Assembly: GCA_017410195.1 (NCBI GenBank)
Contig: JAFQRF010000015.1
Location: 31,553-95,552 of the forward strand
From: Clostridia bacterium
Lineage (GTDB): Bacteria > Bacillota > Clostridia > Oscillospirales > Acutalibacteraceae
Reading direction: 5' to 3'
DNA: 64,000 bases
Shown here piece by piece: positions 20,106 to 30,545 of the stretch. The stretch's first letter is position 1; each line of letters starts with the position of its first letter. Made by a program: the position numbers and the translations under genes. The notes beneath the pieces are model-generated. The model did no database searches, was not told the origin of the DNA, and was given only the letters and a program-made list of their open reading frames with translations.

Positions 20106-20690
20106 TTATAATGATGTAATGATTTCAACGCATTTATCGATGCCTAGCTTTCCGCTGTTAAGGCAGATGTCATAATGCTCGGGGTCACCCCATGTCATTT
20201 CGGTGAAATGCTCATAATATGCGGCACGTTTTTTGTCTTTATCTTTTATTCTCTTTTCGGGGGAATCGTCTTTTTCGCCATATATTTTAACAATTCTTTC
20301 TGATCTTGTTTCTTTGTCTGCGTAAACGAATACCTTGACAACATCGTTGCGTTCACGCAGAATGTAGTCTGCGCATCTGCCGACTATAATGCACGGACCT
20401 TTTTCGGCAAGCTCTTCGATAACCTTCTTCTGAGCGTGCCAGATGATATCATCCTTTGTCATGTTGCTGTAAAGATTATAGAGGGTAAAAATTGTTGACA
20501 TTTTGCCCGATGCGGAGAGATGCTCGCCTTTTTGGGCGATTTCCTCTTTCAGCAGACCGCTTTTGATTGCAACTTCGTCAATTATTTCGCTGTCATAGCA
20601 GGGGATTGAGAGTTTTTCGGCAACCTTTTTGGCGATTGTTCTGCCTCCGCTTCCGAATTCACGGCCGATTGTTATAATTTTGTTATACAT
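20106..20690 (-). CDS. Cytidylate kinase-like family protein (P-loop)
   Basis: IITIGREFGSGGRTIAK, CIIVGRCADYIL, YDICLNSGKLG. Confidence 0.85.
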   Translation of the reverse strand: MYNKIITIGREFGSGGRTIAKKVAEKLSIPCYDSEIIDEVAIKSGLLKEEIAQKGEHLSASGKMSTIFTLYNLYSNMTKDDIIWHAQKKVIEELAEKGPCIIVGRCADYILRERNDVVKVFVYADKETRSERIVKIYGEKDDSPEKRIKDKDKKRAAYYEHFTEMTWGDPEHYDICLNSGKLGIDKCVEIITSL

Positions 20691-20712
20691 AAGTTCAACC
20701 CCTTTTGTATAT

Positions 20713-21663
20713 TTAATTTTTTGGTTTGTTGGTGTTTAAATGCTCCTTGAGAATATAAATCGGTCTGTTTTTGACCTGAACATACATTTTTGAAAGATAT
20801 TCGCCGATGATGCCGAGGCAGAAGAGAAGAAGCCCGCCGATGAGCAGCAGAAGAACAACTATGGTTGCGTATCCGGGAACATCAATTCCGAATGCAAGCT
20901 TCTGGATAACAACAACAATTAGGTAAAGAATCGAGCAGACGGAAGAAAAAATTCCGATGAATGTTGCAAATTTGAGCGGAGCAGTTGAAAATGCAAAAAT
21001 TCCTTCAAATGCATATTTGAACAGCTTGCGGTAGTTCCATTTTGATTCGCCGCTTTCTCTTTGGGCAACTTCGTAGGGAATATATTTTGTGTTGAAACCC
21101 ACATAGCTGAAAAGTCCTTTTGAGAATCTGTGGAATTCTGACATCTGAAGAATTGCATCGACCATAACCCTTTTCATCAGTCTGAAATCAGATGCACCGT
21201 TAACAAAATCAACATCCGAAATTTTGTTTATTAATTTGTAGAAAGCTGATTTGAATGCCGAAAGCACGGCGGATTCCTTTCTGCTTTGCTGATAAGCGGC
21301 GACGCAGTCTAACTCCTCATCGGTGTTGAGAGTGTCAAGCATTTCAAGTACAACCTCGGGTCTTTGCTGCAGGTCGGCATCGATAATACACACAAGGTCG
21401 CCGACAGCCTTTGAAAGTCCTGCATACATTGCTGCCTCTTTGCCGAAGTTTCTGCTGAATGTTAATATCTGAATATTGCTTTCTTTACAATTGTTTTCGT
21501 ATAGCTTTTTTAATTTTTGGTAGGTTTTATCTTTACTTCCGTCGTTGACAAAAACAAATTCATAATCCTGAACCTTGCCGCAAAACACCTTGTTGACCTC
21601 ATTGAAGAATTTTTCAACATTGCCCTCTTCGTTGTAGCAAGGGATAACCAACGACAACTTCAT
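20713..21663 (-). CDS. GT2 polyprenol-phosphate glycosyltransferase (GtrB-like)
   Basis: VIPCYNEE, VNDGSKD, FSRNFGKEAA, DADLQ, DFRLM, two C-terminal TM helices, GEYL. Confidence 0.9.
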   Translation of the reverse strand: MKLSLVIPCYNEEGNVEKFFNEVNKVFCGKVQDYEFVFVNDGSKDKTYQKLKKLYENNCKESNIQILTFSRNFGKEAAMYAGLSKAVGDLVCIIDADLQQRPEVVLEMLDTLNTDEELDCVAAYQQSRKESAVLSAFKSAFYKLINKISDVDFVNGASDFRLMKRVMVDAILQMSEFHRFSKGLFSYVGFNTKYIPYEVAQRESGESKWNYRKLFKYAFEGIFAFSTAPLKFATFIGIFSSVCSILYLIVVVIQKLAFGIDVPGYATIVVLLLLIGGLLLFCLGIIGEYLSKMYVQVKNRPIYILKEHLNTNKPKN

Positions 21664-21802
21664 AAGCCTTCACCTCTTGTCTGTGTACTTTTGCAGAATC
21701 ATTCTATTATTATATACAAATTCTATCATCCATGCAGAATAAAGTCAATATACGGATTCGAAACATGAACTACGATTTTACAAAGTGTTAACATTTAAAT
21801 TA

Positions 21803-21831
21803 TTGACAAATTCTTCTTGTTGGGGTATAGT
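21803..21831 (+). promoter_or_regulatory. SigA promoter of the hrcA operon
   Basis: TTGACA(21803-21808)-17 bp-TATAGT(21826-21831). Confidence 0.85.
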
Positions 21832-21842
21832 AATAACAGAAA

Positions 21843-21869
21843 TTAGCACTCTTGCTTTTTGAGTGCTAA
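21843..21869 (+). promoter_or_regulatory. CIRCE element (HrcA operator)
   Basis: Perfect TTAGCACTC-N9-GAGTGCTAA; an additional half-site TTAGCACTC at 21872-21880. Confidence 0.97.
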
Positions 21870-21900
21870 AATTAGCACTCGGCGAAAGAAGGTGTGGAGA

Positions 21901-22929
21901 ATGTCTGAACTCAGCGAAAGAAAAAAGCTTATTTTATCGGCTGTTGTTGAGCAGTATATCAAAACGGGCGAGCCGATAGGATCAAAAGAGCTTCTTGCTC
22001 TCACGGGTATGTCGGTATCCTCCGCAACCGTGCGCAACGAGATGAGCGAGCTTTCCGCAATGGGTTATCTTGAACAGCCGCACACCTCGGCAGGCAGAGT
22101 TCCTTCGCAAAAAGGCTACAGATATTATGTAGATAATCTTATGAAGGACAGAGAAATCGATGAGCTTAACCGACGGATGATTGAAGCAGGAATTTCCTCG
22201 GCGGCAGGCGACCCCGAAAGGCTTATTGCTCAGGCAGGGGAAGTGCTTGCGGAACTTACCAAGTGTGCCTGCATTTCAACGGCGCCGGGTGGAGATGCGG
22301 TTATAATCCGCAAGATTGAGCTTGTGCCGGTCGGAATTCATTCGGCAATGCTTGTTCTTTTAACTTCAAACGGAATCCTCAAGAGCAGACTTTGCAGGCT
22401 TGACTGCGAGCTTACGGTGAAAATTCTCGAAGAGTTCTATAATATAGTTGATTCATGTATAATAGGAAAACCTGCTTCTGATATCAGTGTTGTTTCGATG
22501 CAGACGGCTGCCGCTTCGGTTGACAGCGACCCGTTTGCGATGCTTCCGCTTATGGCGGCGGTTTGCGAGCTTGCAAGAAGCATGGAGGATTCAAGAATAA
22601 TCCTCGGCGGCAGTTCGAATCTGTTTTCGCACAAGGACTACGGTGTCGGCGCAATTGAGCTTTTTGAATTTCTTAATAAAAGAGAACCGCTTTCGGCTGT
22701 TATCAGCGGAATAAAAGAGCCGCTTGATGTTATCATCGGCAAGGAAAATCTTTACCGTCAGCTTGAAAATTCAAGCGTCATCGTGGCAAAATATTCCGTA
22801 GGAGGCAGAGATTCGGGTTCAATCGGTCTTATCGGACCGACCCGTATGGACTACGAAAGCATTATCCCCAGCGTTAAATATTTGACAGATATCGTCGGGC
22901 GCATGATTACTCAGGCGATTGAAGAATAG
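21901..22929 (+). CDS. hrcA: Heat-inducible transcription repressor HrcA
   Basis: Start ATG 21901; GEPIGSK, SSATVRNEM, QPHTSAGRVPS.KGYRYYVD, IGPTRMDY. Confidence 0.96.
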   Translation: MSELSERKKLILSAVVEQYIKTGEPIGSKELLALTGMSVSSATVRNEMSELSAMGYLEQPHTSAGRVPSQKGYRYYVDNLMKDREIDELNRRMIEAGISSAAGDPERLIAQAGEVLAELTKCACISTAPGGDAVIIRKIELVPVGIHSAMLVLLTSNGILKSRLCRLDCELTVKILEEFYNIVDSCIIGKPASDISVVSMQTAAASVDSDPFAMLPLMAAVCELARSMEDSRIILGGSSNLFSHKDYGVGAIELFEFLNKREPLSAVISGIKEPLDVIIGKENLYRQLENSSVIVAKYSVGGRDSGSIGLIGPTRMDYESIIPSVKYLTDIVGRMITQAIEE

Positions 22930-22934
22930 AAAGG

Positions 22935-23465
22935 ATGCAATTTTCAGCAATGAAGAAAGAAAAAAAGACTCCCGAAGCAACCGAAGAAGTTAAAGAGACT
23001 GCTGAGGAAGTGAAGGAAGAAACAGCCGAAGAAAAGCTTAGAAAAGAGCTTGACGAAAAGAACGACCAATTCTTAAGACTCTATGCGGAATACGATAATT
23101 TCCGTAAGCGTTCACAGAAGGAAAAGCAGGATATTTATTCGTCATCGAAGGCTGATGTAATAAAGGAGTTGCTTCCCGTTCTTGATAATTTTGACAGAGC
23201 GGCTAACAATACCGAATGTAGCTTTGAGGATTACAAAAAGGGTATTGAACTGATTTTTAATCAGTTTGGCGAAATTCTCAAAAAGACGGGCGTTGAAAGC
23301 TACGGCGAAAGAGGCGATGCATTTGACCCCAACATCCACAATGCGGTTATGACCGTTGAGGATGACGAACTCGGCGAAAACGTGGTTGCCGAAGTGTTCA
23401 CAAAAGGCTATAAGCTTGGCGACAAAATCATCAGAGATGCCGTTGTCAAGGTCGCAAATTCATAA
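22935..23465 (+). CDS. grpE: Nucleotide exchange factor GrpE (start could be 22950)
   Basis: [49 protein letters not shown]. Confidence 0.96.
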   Translation: MQFSAMKKEKKTPEATEEVKETAEEVKEETAEEKLRKELDEKNDQFLRLYAEYDNFRKRSQKEKQDIYSSSKADVIKELLPVLDNFDRAANNTECSFEDYKKGIELIFNQFGEILKKTGVESYGERGDAFDPNIHNAVMTVEDDELGENVVAEVFTKGYKLGDKIIRDAVVKVANS

Positions 23466-23509
23466 ATCAAGTTTATAATTTTTCATTTATTTATAGGAGG
23501 ACAATTATT

Positions 23510-25333
23510 ATGGCAAAGATTATCGGTATCGACTTAGGTACAACAAACTCATGCGTTGCAGTTATCGAAGGCGGCGAACCCGTAGTTATCGCAAACGCTG
23601 AAGGCGCAAGAACAACACCCTCTGTTGTTGCTTTCGGTAAGACAGGCGAAAGAATGGTAGGTCAGGTTGCAAAGAGACAGGCTGTTACCAATTCCGACAG
23701 AACAGTTGCATCAATCAAAAGACAGATGGGTTCGGATTACAAAGTAGCAATTGACGACAAGAAGTATACTCCGCAGGAAATCTCTGCAATGATTCTTCAG
23801 AAGCTCAAGACAGACGCTGAAGCTTATCTCGGCGACAAGGTAACAGAAGCTGTTATTACCGTTCCCGCATACTTCACCGATGCTCAGAGACAGGCTACAA
23901 AGGACGCAGGTAAAATTGCGGGTCTTGAAGTCAAGAGAATCATCAACGAGCCTACTGCAGCAGCTCTTGCATACGGCATCGACAAGGAAACCGACCAGAA
24001 GGTTATGGTTTATGACCTCGGCGGCGGTACATTCGACGTTTCAATCATCGAAATGGGCGATGGCGTTCAGGAAGTTCTTGCAACCGCAGGTAACAACAAG
24101 CTCGGCGGTGACGACTTCGACCAGAGAATTATCAATTGGCTTGCAGACGGTTTCAAGGCAGAGCAGGGTATCGACCTTCGCGGCGACAAGATGGCTATGC
24201 AGAGACTTAAAGAAGCTGCAGAAAAGGCGAAGATTGAGCTTTCAGGCGTAACAACTTCAAACATCAGCCTTCCCTTCATCACCGCTGATGCAACAGGTCC
24301 CAAGCATCTTGAAATGACTCTTACAAGAGCAAAGTTCAACGAGCTTACCGCAGACCTTGTTGACGCAACAATGGGTCCCGTTCGTCAGGCTATGAATGAC
24401 TCGGGTCTCAAGACAAGCGAAATCAATAAGGTTCTCATGGTCGGCGGTTCATCAAGAATTCCCGCTGTTCAGGAAGCAATCAAGCAGTTTATGGGCGCAG
24501 AACCCTTCAAGGGCATCAACCCCGATGAATGCGTTGCTATCGGCGCTGCTCTTCAGGCAGGTGTTCTCGGCGGCGAAGTAACAGGTCTTCTTCTTCTCGA
24601 CGTTACTCCGCTTTCACTCGGCATCGAAACTATGGGCGGTATCAGCACAAAGATTATCGACAGAAACACAACTATCCCTGTAAAGAAGAGCCAGATCTTT
24701 TCAACCGCAGCCGACAATCAGCCTTCGGTTGAAGTTCATGTTCTTCAGGGTGAAAGAGAATTCGCAAGAGACAACAAGACTCTCGGCGTGTTCCATCTTG
24801 ACGGCATCATGCCTGCACCCAGAGGCATTCCTCAGATTGAAGTTACATTTGATATAGATGCAAACGGCATCGTTCACGTTTCCGCAAAGGATCTCGGTAC
24901 ACAGAAGGAGCAGTCAATCAATATCACATCCTCAACAAATATGTCCAAGGAAGATATCGAAAAGGCTGTTGCAGATGCAGAGAGATTTGCTCAGGAAGAT
25001 AAGGAACGCCGTGAAAACGTTGACACACGTAATGCTGCAGACCAGATGGTTTATCAGTGCGAAAAGCTCATGAACGAAAACGGCGATAAGTTCAGCGATG
25101 ACGAAAAAGCAGGCGTTAACGAAAAGATTGACGCTCTCAAGGAAGCTCTCAAGGGAGAGGATATCAACCTTATCAAGACCCGTCAGGATGAACTCACCGC
25201 AAAGTTCCATGAAGTTTCCGAGAAGCTTTATCAGGCAGCTGCCGAAGCAGCTCAGGCTCAGCAGGGCGGTGCAGCACCCGGCGGCGAAGGCTATACAGAA
25301 GCAAACTACACCGATGTTGATGATAACAACTAA
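23510..25333 (+). CDS. dnaK: Chaperone DnaK
   Basis: [48 protein letters not shown]. Confidence 0.99.
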   Translation: MAKIIGIDLGTTNSCVAVIEGGEPVVIANAEGARTTPSVVAFGKTGERMVGQVAKRQAVTNSDRTVASIKRQMGSDYKVAIDDKKYTPQEISAMILQKLKTDAEAYLGDKVTEAVITVPAYFTDAQRQATKDAGKIAGLEVKRIINEPTAAALAYGIDKETDQKVMVYDLGGGTFDVSIIEMGDGVQEVLATAGNNKLGGDDFDQRIINWLADGFKAEQGIDLRGDKMAMQRLKEAAEKAKIELSGVTTSNISLPFITADATGPKHLEMTLTRAKFNELTADLVDATMGPVRQAMNDSGLKTSEINKVLMVGGSSRIPAVQEAIKQFMGAEPFKGINPDECVAIGAALQAGVLGGEVTGLLLLDVTPLSLGIETMGGISTKIIDRNTTIPVKKSQIFSTAADNQPSVEVHVLQGEREFARDNKTLGVFHLDGIMPAPRGIPQIEVTFDIDANGIVHVSAKDLGTQKEQSINITSSTNMSKEDIEKAVADAERFAQEDKERRENVDTRNAADQMVYQCEKLMNENGDKFSDDEKAGVNEKIDALKEALKGEDINLIKTRQDELTAKFHEVSEKLYQAAAEAAQAQQGGAAPGGEGYTEANYTDVDDNN

Positions 25334-25351
25334 TGTGAGGAGTTAATCCCC

Positions 25352-26515
25352 TTGGCAGATAAGAGAGATTATTATGAAGTCCTCGGCGTTTCAAAAAGCG
25401 CGAGCGAGGATGAAATAAAAAAAGCATACAGAAAAAAAGCAAAAGAGTTTCACCCGGATCTTCATCCGGGTGATGCTGAGGCTGAGGCAAAATTCAAAGA
25501 AGCAAACGAAGCTTACGAAGTGCTTTCCGACAGTCAGAAAAAAGCACGCTACGACCAGTTCGGTCATGCAGGCGTAGATCCGAATTACGGAGCGGGCGGA
25601 GGAGGCGCATACGGCGGCGGTTTTGGAGGAGGCTTTGATTTCGGCGACCTCGGTGATATATTCGGCTCGTTTTTCGGCGGCGGCTTCGGAGGCGGCAGAC
25701 AGTCAAATCCCAACGCACCCCGCAGAGGTGAGGATGTTCAGGCGAGAGTTACCATTTCTTTTGAGGAAGCTGCAAAGGGTTGCAAGAGAACGGTTGATAT
25801 CAACCGTGTTGACACCTGCTCCGAATGCCACGGCTCAGGCGCAAAGTCGGGTACATCGCCCAAAACCTGTCCCGATTGCGGAGGCAGAGGTTATGTCAAC
25901 GTTCAGCAAAGAACGGCTTTCGGCGTAATTCAGACTCAGAAATCCTGCCCGAAATGTCAGGGTCAGGGTAAGGTTATCGAAAATCCCTGCGCAAAGTGCC
26001 GAGGAACCGGCAGAACTTCAACCAAAGCATCGGTTGAGGTTAACATACCTGCAGGTATTGACGACCGTCAGGTGTTCAATGTCAGCGGTGCAGGCAATGC
26101 CGGCGTTAACGGTGGTCCCAAGGGTGACCTCAGAGTTGCTGTTTTCGTAAGACCCCACCCGTATTTTGAGCGTGACGGATATAACGTATGGCTTGAACAC
26201 AGAATCAGCTATCCGCAGGCGGTTCTCGGCGACAGCATCAGAATTCAGACTCTTGACGGAGATGTGAAATTCGATATTCCCGCAGGAACTCAGTCGGGTG
26301 CCGTGTTCAGTCTTAAAGGCAAGGGTATTCAGATTCTTAACGGCAGAGGCAGAGGCGATCAGCTTGTACGAATTATTGTTGATATTCCCAAGAATCTTAC
26401 CCAGCGCCAGAAAGAGCTTCTTGTTGAATTCGAGAAGGAACTTGGCGTTAAGCGAGGCGCACCTGCAGGCAACGGCAAGGAAGGCTTTTTTGATAAGTTC
26501 AAGAATAAGAAATAA
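25352..26515 (+). CDS. dnaJ: Chaperone DnaJ
   Basis: TTG start; J-domain HPD, G/F-rich region, four CxxCxGxG repeats. Confidence 0.98.
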   Translation: MADKRDYYEVLGVSKSASEDEIKKAYRKKAKEFHPDLHPGDAEAEAKFKEANEAYEVLSDSQKKARYDQFGHAGVDPNYGAGGGGAYGGGFGGGFDFGDLGDIFGSFFGGGFGGGRQSNPNAPRRGEDVQARVTISFEEAAKGCKRTVDINRVDTCSECHGSGAKSGTSPKTCPDCGGRGYVNVQQRTAFGVIQTQKSCPKCQGQGKVIENPCAKCRGTGRTSTKASVEVNIPAGIDDRQVFNVSGAGNAGVNGGPKGDLRVAVFVRPHPYFERDGYNVWLEHRISYPQAVLGDSIRIQTLDGDVKFDIPAGTQSGAVFSLKGKGIQILNGRGRGDQLVRIIVDIPKNLTQRQKELLVEFEKELGVKRGAPAGNGKEGFFDKFKNKK

Positions 26516-26520
26516 TAAAA

Positions 26521-26550
26521 AAACGCTGTGTCGTTTGACACGGCGTTTTT
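26521..26550 (+). terminator. dnaJ terminator
   Basis: AAACGCTGTGTC-GTTT-GACACGGCGTTT plus T-run. Confidence 0.75.
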
Positions 26551-26561
26551 GAGGTATAATT

Positions 26562-27206
26562 ATGAAATACGATGCAGTAATATTCGACCTCGACGGTACG
26601 CTGACCGATACCCTTGAAGACCTGAAAAACAGCGTCAATTACGCACTTTCTCAATTCGGATTTCCCGAAAGAAACACCGAAGAAATCCGCAGTTTTGTCG
26701 GCAACGGAGTGAAAAGGCTGATTTATCTCAGCGTTCCAGAAAACACGCCCGATGAAATATCGGAAAGCTGTCTTTCTGTGTTCAGAGAGCATTATAATAA
26801 CCATTCCTGCGAGAAAACCAAGCCTTATGACGGTATAGCTGATTTGTTGAAGCTTCTCAAAGATAACGGAATTAAAACCGCAGTTGTGACAAATAAAATG
26901 CATTCTGCGGCAGAGGATATCGTGAAATATTTCTTTGACGGATTGATTGATGTAACCGTCGGTCAGATTGACGGAGTGGCGCAAAAGCCGCAACCCGACG
27001 GTGTTTACAGAGTGCTTGATTTGCTCGGAGTGTCAAGAGAAAAAGCTGTTTATGTCGGTGATTCTGAGGTTGACTGCATAACAGCAAAGAACGCGGGCAT
27101 TCCCTGCATAGGCGTGATGTGGGGATTTCGCGATCGTGATGTACTGATTAAAAATGGAGCAGATTATATAGTGGACAGACCCTTGGATATATTTGATTAT
27201 ATCTGA
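26562..27206 (+). CDS. HAD-family phosphatase (phosphoglycolate phosphatase-like)
   Basis: FDLDGTLTD, VTNK, KPQP, VYVGDSEVD. Confidence 0.88.
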   Translation: MKYDAVIFDLDGTLTDTLEDLKNSVNYALSQFGFPERNTEEIRSFVGNGVKRLIYLSVPENTPDEISESCLSVFREHYNNHSCEKTKPYDGIADLLKLLKDNGIKTAVVTNKMHSAAEDIVKYFFDGLIDVTVGQIDGVAQKPQPDGVYRVLDLLGVSREKAVYVGDSEVDCITAKNAGIPCIGVMWGFRDRDVLIKNGADYIVDRPLDIFDYI

Positions 27207-27221
27207 TTGTCGAATTTTGTA

Positions 27222-27250
27222 TTGACAAAAGCAATCCACCATTATATAAT
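27222..27250 (+). promoter_or_regulatory. SigA promoter of metK
   Basis: TTGACA(27222-27227)-17 bp-TATAAT(27245-27250). Confidence 0.88.
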
Positions 27251-27270
27251 AAAGTATCAATAGAATATGT

Positions 27271-27366
27271 CCTTATTAAGAGTGGCAGAGGGACAGGCCC
27301 TTTGAAGCCCGGCAACCTGTGTTATGCAAGGTGCTAAATCCTGCGGCGTAATGCCGGAAAATAAGG
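27271..27366 (+). ncRNA. SAM-I (S-box) riboswitch
   Basis: CTTATTAAGAG.GG.AGAGGGAC.GGCCC.TTGAAGCCCGGCAACC...AAGGTGCTAAATCC..AATAAGG; P1 CCTTATT/AATAAGG; downstream of a promoter and upstream of metK. Confidence 0.95.
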
Positions 27367-27373
27367 TGTTTTC

Positions 27374-27404
27374 AACCACTGAAGACTCCTTCGGTGGTTT
27401 TTTT
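27374..27404 (+). terminator. Riboswitch-controlled terminator
   Basis: AACCACTGAAG-ACTC-CTTCGGTGGTT plus T-run. Confidence 0.85.
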
Positions 27405-27447
27405 CGGGACTTATCGTTGATAATATTTCTAAAAGAGGTTTATTAAA

Positions 27448-28593
27448 ATGGCAAACTACTTATTCACATCCGAATCCGTAACCGGCGGACATCCCGATAA
27501 AATCTGTGATCAGATTTCGGATGCCGTTCTTGATGCTATTCTCGCTCAGGATCCCATGGGCAGAGTTGCCTGCGAAACCTGCTGCACGACCGGTATGGTT
27601 CTTGTTATGGGTGAAATTACAACAACAGCAGATATCGATATCCCCAAAATCGTAAGAGAAACAGTTAATGAAATCGGCTATAACAATGCTGAATACGGCT
27701 TTGACTGCAACACCTGTGCTGTTATGACAGCTCTTGACAAGCAGTCGGGCGACATCGCAATGGGTGTTGACAGACTCGGCGCAGGCGACCAGGGTATGAT
27801 GTTCGGCTTCGCTTGCGACGAAACTCCCGAGCTTATGCCACTTCCCATTTCACTTGCTCACAAACTTTGCGCAAAGCTTACCGAAGTGCGCAGAGACGGA
27901 ACTCTCGGTTATCTCAGACCTGACGGTAAGAGCCAGGTGAGCGTTGAATATGACGAAAACAACAACCCCGTAAGAGTTGATACCGTTGTTATTTCTTCCC
28001 AGCATTCAGCCGATGTTACTCTTGAGCAGATCAGAGCAGACATCATTGAAAAGGTAATTAAGCCCGTTATTCCCGCACCAATGCTTGATGAAAACACAAA
28101 GTATCACATTAACCCCACCGGCAGATTTGTAACCGGCGGACCTCAGGGAGACAGCGGACTTACAGGCAGAAAGATAATTGTTGATACTTACGGCGGCTAT
28201 GCCCGTCACGGCGGCGGAGCATTCAGCGGCAAGGACCCCACAAAGGTTGACCGTTCGGCGGCTTATGCGGCACGTTATGTTGCAAAAAATATTGTTGCTG
28301 CCGGTCTTGCAAAGAAATGTGAGGTTGAGCTTGCATACGCAATCGGTGTTGAACAGCCCGTATCCGTATTTGTTGATACCTTCGGAACGGGTAAAATCGC
28401 CGATACCGATATTTCGGCAATCATTAATGAGCTTTTTGACCTCAGTCCTGCAGGCATCATCAAGACTCTTGACCTGAGAAGACCCATATATAAGCAGGTT
28501 GCAGCGCTCGGCCACATCGGCAGAACAGATATCGATCTTCCTTGGGAAAAGACCGACAGAATTGAGGATATCAAAAACGCAGCGAAATTATAA
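27448..28593 (+). CDS. metK: S-adenosylmethionine synthetase
   Basis: [41 protein letters not shown]. Confidence 0.99.
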   Translation: MANYLFTSESVTGGHPDKICDQISDAVLDAILAQDPMGRVACETCCTTGMVLVMGEITTTADIDIPKIVRETVNEIGYNNAEYGFDCNTCAVMTALDKQSGDIAMGVDRLGAGDQGMMFGFACDETPELMPLPISLAHKLCAKLTEVRRDGTLGYLRPDGKSQVSVEYDENNNPVRVDTVVISSQHSADVTLEQIRADIIEKVIKPVIPAPMLDENTKYHINPTGRFVTGGPQGDSGLTGRKIIVDTYGGYARHGGGAFSGKDPTKVDRSAAYAARYVAKNIVAAGLAKKCEVELAYAIGVEQPVSVFVDTFGTGKIADTDISAIINELFDLSPAGIIKTLDLRRPIYKQVAALGHIGRTDIDLPWEKTDRIEDIKNAAKL

Positions 28594-28613
28594 AAGAAAA
28601 AATCCATTGGTGT

Positions 28614-28644
28614 AAGGGGCAGTCCATGTGACAGCCCCTTTTTA
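28614..28644 (+). terminator. metK terminator
   Basis: AAGGGGC...GCCCCTT stem plus T-run. Confidence 0.7.
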
Positions 28645-28716
28645 TTTGCAAAACAACTAATATAACGGCGGCAGCTTTTTGAAAAACCATCCTGATGAGA
28701 TTTGTTTAATTTTGCC

Positions 28717-28745
28717 TTGATTTAATTTTCTCTGTTTGCTATAAT
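28717..28745 (+). promoter_or_regulatory. SigA promoter of the alpha-galactosidase gene
   Basis: TTGATT-17 bp-TATAAT with TG extension. Confidence 0.7.
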
Positions 28746-28780
28746 AACCATGTAAAATATAAAATAGGAGAGTGTGAGGC

Positions 28781-30445
28781 GTGAAAAAGAATTATGTAAT
28801 CAAATATCTGTCGGGCGGAAAGACCGTTACATCAAACGCAACGGAGAATGAATTTTATTCGCTTGATATTTCGGATGCAGACGGAAGATATACAGTAACT
28901 CTCAATCCCAAAAAGGATTTTGAGCTTGTTGATTTTTACGTTGAAATGCCTTATGAATTCAAGGCGGGCGACAAATTCTTCGCAAACGGCTATCAGTCAT
29001 GGACCAACACAAGAGAATTTACTGCTGACGAAATCAGAAAGGGAACAATAAAGCTTTCTCATATCCATCCTTATCTCAGACACTATGCAAGCATCACGAG
29101 CGATGACAGAATTGTTGAATATACTGAAAAGCCCGGCGAATTTCACAGCCACTGTTATACATATATCAGAAACGGCGAAAAGATGAAGCTCTGGGGTTCG
29201 CTCTGTGAAAGCACGGGTTATACATATTTCAAAGTCGGAATGAACAGCAACTATTTCTCAATCCGCAAGGATGTTCTCGGCAAGAAAGTGACCGCATCGC
29301 TTAAGATTTTTGATATTGTTTATTTTGAAGGAACATATGACGAAGTTTTCGATAACTACTTCGGAATGTTCAAGATGCCCGAAACAAGAAAGGGCGCAAT
29401 GAGCGGTTATACCTCATGGTATAACTACTTCCAGAAGATTGACGAAAAAATCATTCTCCGCGACCTTGACGGTCTTGATCCCGCAAAGGAAGAAACATCT
29501 ATTTTTCAGATTGACGACGGCTATGAACCCTATGTCGGCGACTGGCTTGACTATTGCGACAAGTTCCCCAACGGCATGAAATATATTGCCGATAAGATTC
29601 ACGACAAGGGTTACCTCGCTGGCATCTGGATTGCTCCCTTCAGCTGCCAGAAGATTTCAAGAATCGCAAAAGAGCATCCCGATTGGCTCATCAAGGATGA
29701 AAACGGCAAACCTCAGCTCGGCTGTATTGCCTGGGGCGGTGCATATACTCTCGATATCTACAACGAAGAAGCAAGAGCTTATATCAAAAAAGTGTTTGAC
29801 GTTGTTCTCAATGAGTGGGGATACGATATGGTTAAGCTCGACTTCCTTTACAGCGAATGTGTAACTCCAAGAAACGGCAAGAGCAGAGGCGAAATCATGC
29901 ACGAAGCAATGGCTCTTCTCAGAGAATGTGTCGGCGATAAGCTTCTCCTCGGCTGCGGTATTCCCATGAGCGCCGCATACGGCGTCTGCGATGCCTGCCG
30001 TATCAGCTGTGACGTTGATCTTACATACAAGGGCAAGATTTACAACCACATCCACGTCAGCAACGAAATCCTCAGCGCACAGAGCGCAATCAACAACTCC
30101 GTATTCCGCCGCCATCTCAACGGCAGAGTATTCATGAATGACCCCGATGTATTCTTCCTGAGAAACGATAATCTTAAGTTTACCTGGGAACAGAAGAAGC
30201 TTCTCGCAAGAATCAATAATCTTTGCGGTAACGTTCTCTTCGTTTCCGATAACGCAGGCGATTACGATGCCGTGCAGATGGGACTTCTCAAGAAGTATTT
30301 CAAGAAGACCGACGAAAAGATTACATCCGCAGAATATGTAACAAAGGATGTTATCGAAATCAAGATTGATGAAAACGGCGTGAAAAAGGAGCTGGTTTTC
30401 AACATCAAGACAGGTCAGATTATCAAAGACGGCGAAATCAGATAA
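28781..30445 (+). CDS. Alpha-galactosidase (GH36-like)
   Basis: GTG start; GYTSWYNY, FQIDDGYE, WIAPF, VKLDFL, RISCD, NDPD; no signal peptide. Confidence 0.85.
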   Translation: MKKNYVIKYLSGGKTVTSNATENEFYSLDISDADGRYTVTLNPKKDFELVDFYVEMPYEFKAGDKFFANGYQSWTNTREFTADEIRKGTIKLSHIHPYLRHYASITSDDRIVEYTEKPGEFHSHCYTYIRNGEKMKLWGSLCESTGYTYFKVGMNSNYFSIRKDVLGKKVTASLKIFDIVYFEGTYDEVFDNYFGMFKMPETRKGAMSGYTSWYNYFQKIDEKIILRDLDGLDPAKEETSIFQIDDGYEPYVGDWLDYCDKFPNGMKYIADKIHDKGYLAGIWIAPFSCQKISRIAKEHPDWLIKDENGKPQLGCIAWGGAYTLDIYNEEARAYIKKVFDVVLNEWGYDMVKLDFLYSECVTPRNGKSRGEIMHEAMALLRECVGDKLLLGCGIPMSAAYGVCDACRISCDVDLTYKGKIYNHIHVSNEILSAQSAINNSVFRRHLNGRVFMNDPDVFFLRNDNLKFTWEQKKLLARINNLCGNVLFVSDNAGDYDAVQMGLLKKYFKKTDEKITSAEYVTKDVIEIKIDENGVKKELVFNIKTGQIIKDGEIR

Positions 30446-30456
30446 AAGGGATATTT

Positions 30457-30490
30457 GTAGGGGACGACCTCAGCGTCGTCCCGTTTTTTT
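30457..30490 (+). repeat. GTAG-family REP-like palindrome that doubles as the terminator of the galactosidase gene
   Basis: GTAG then GGGACGAC-CTCAGC-GTCGTCCC, then T-run. Confidence 0.6.
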
Positions 30491-30545
30491 ACCCAAAAAA
30501 AAAACGCCGAAACCGATAACGGCTTCAACGGAGAAAACATATTAT

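Noticed and set aside
25600-25700. GGC/GGA-rich repeats in dnaJ and the GAT/GAC run in mraZ
   Set aside because: These encode the normal G/F-rich linker and a poly-Asp tail, not a repeat element
26535-26560. TTGACA...TATAAT before the HAD gene
   Set aside because: The spacer is only 14 bp and TTGACA is part of the dnaJ terminator stem
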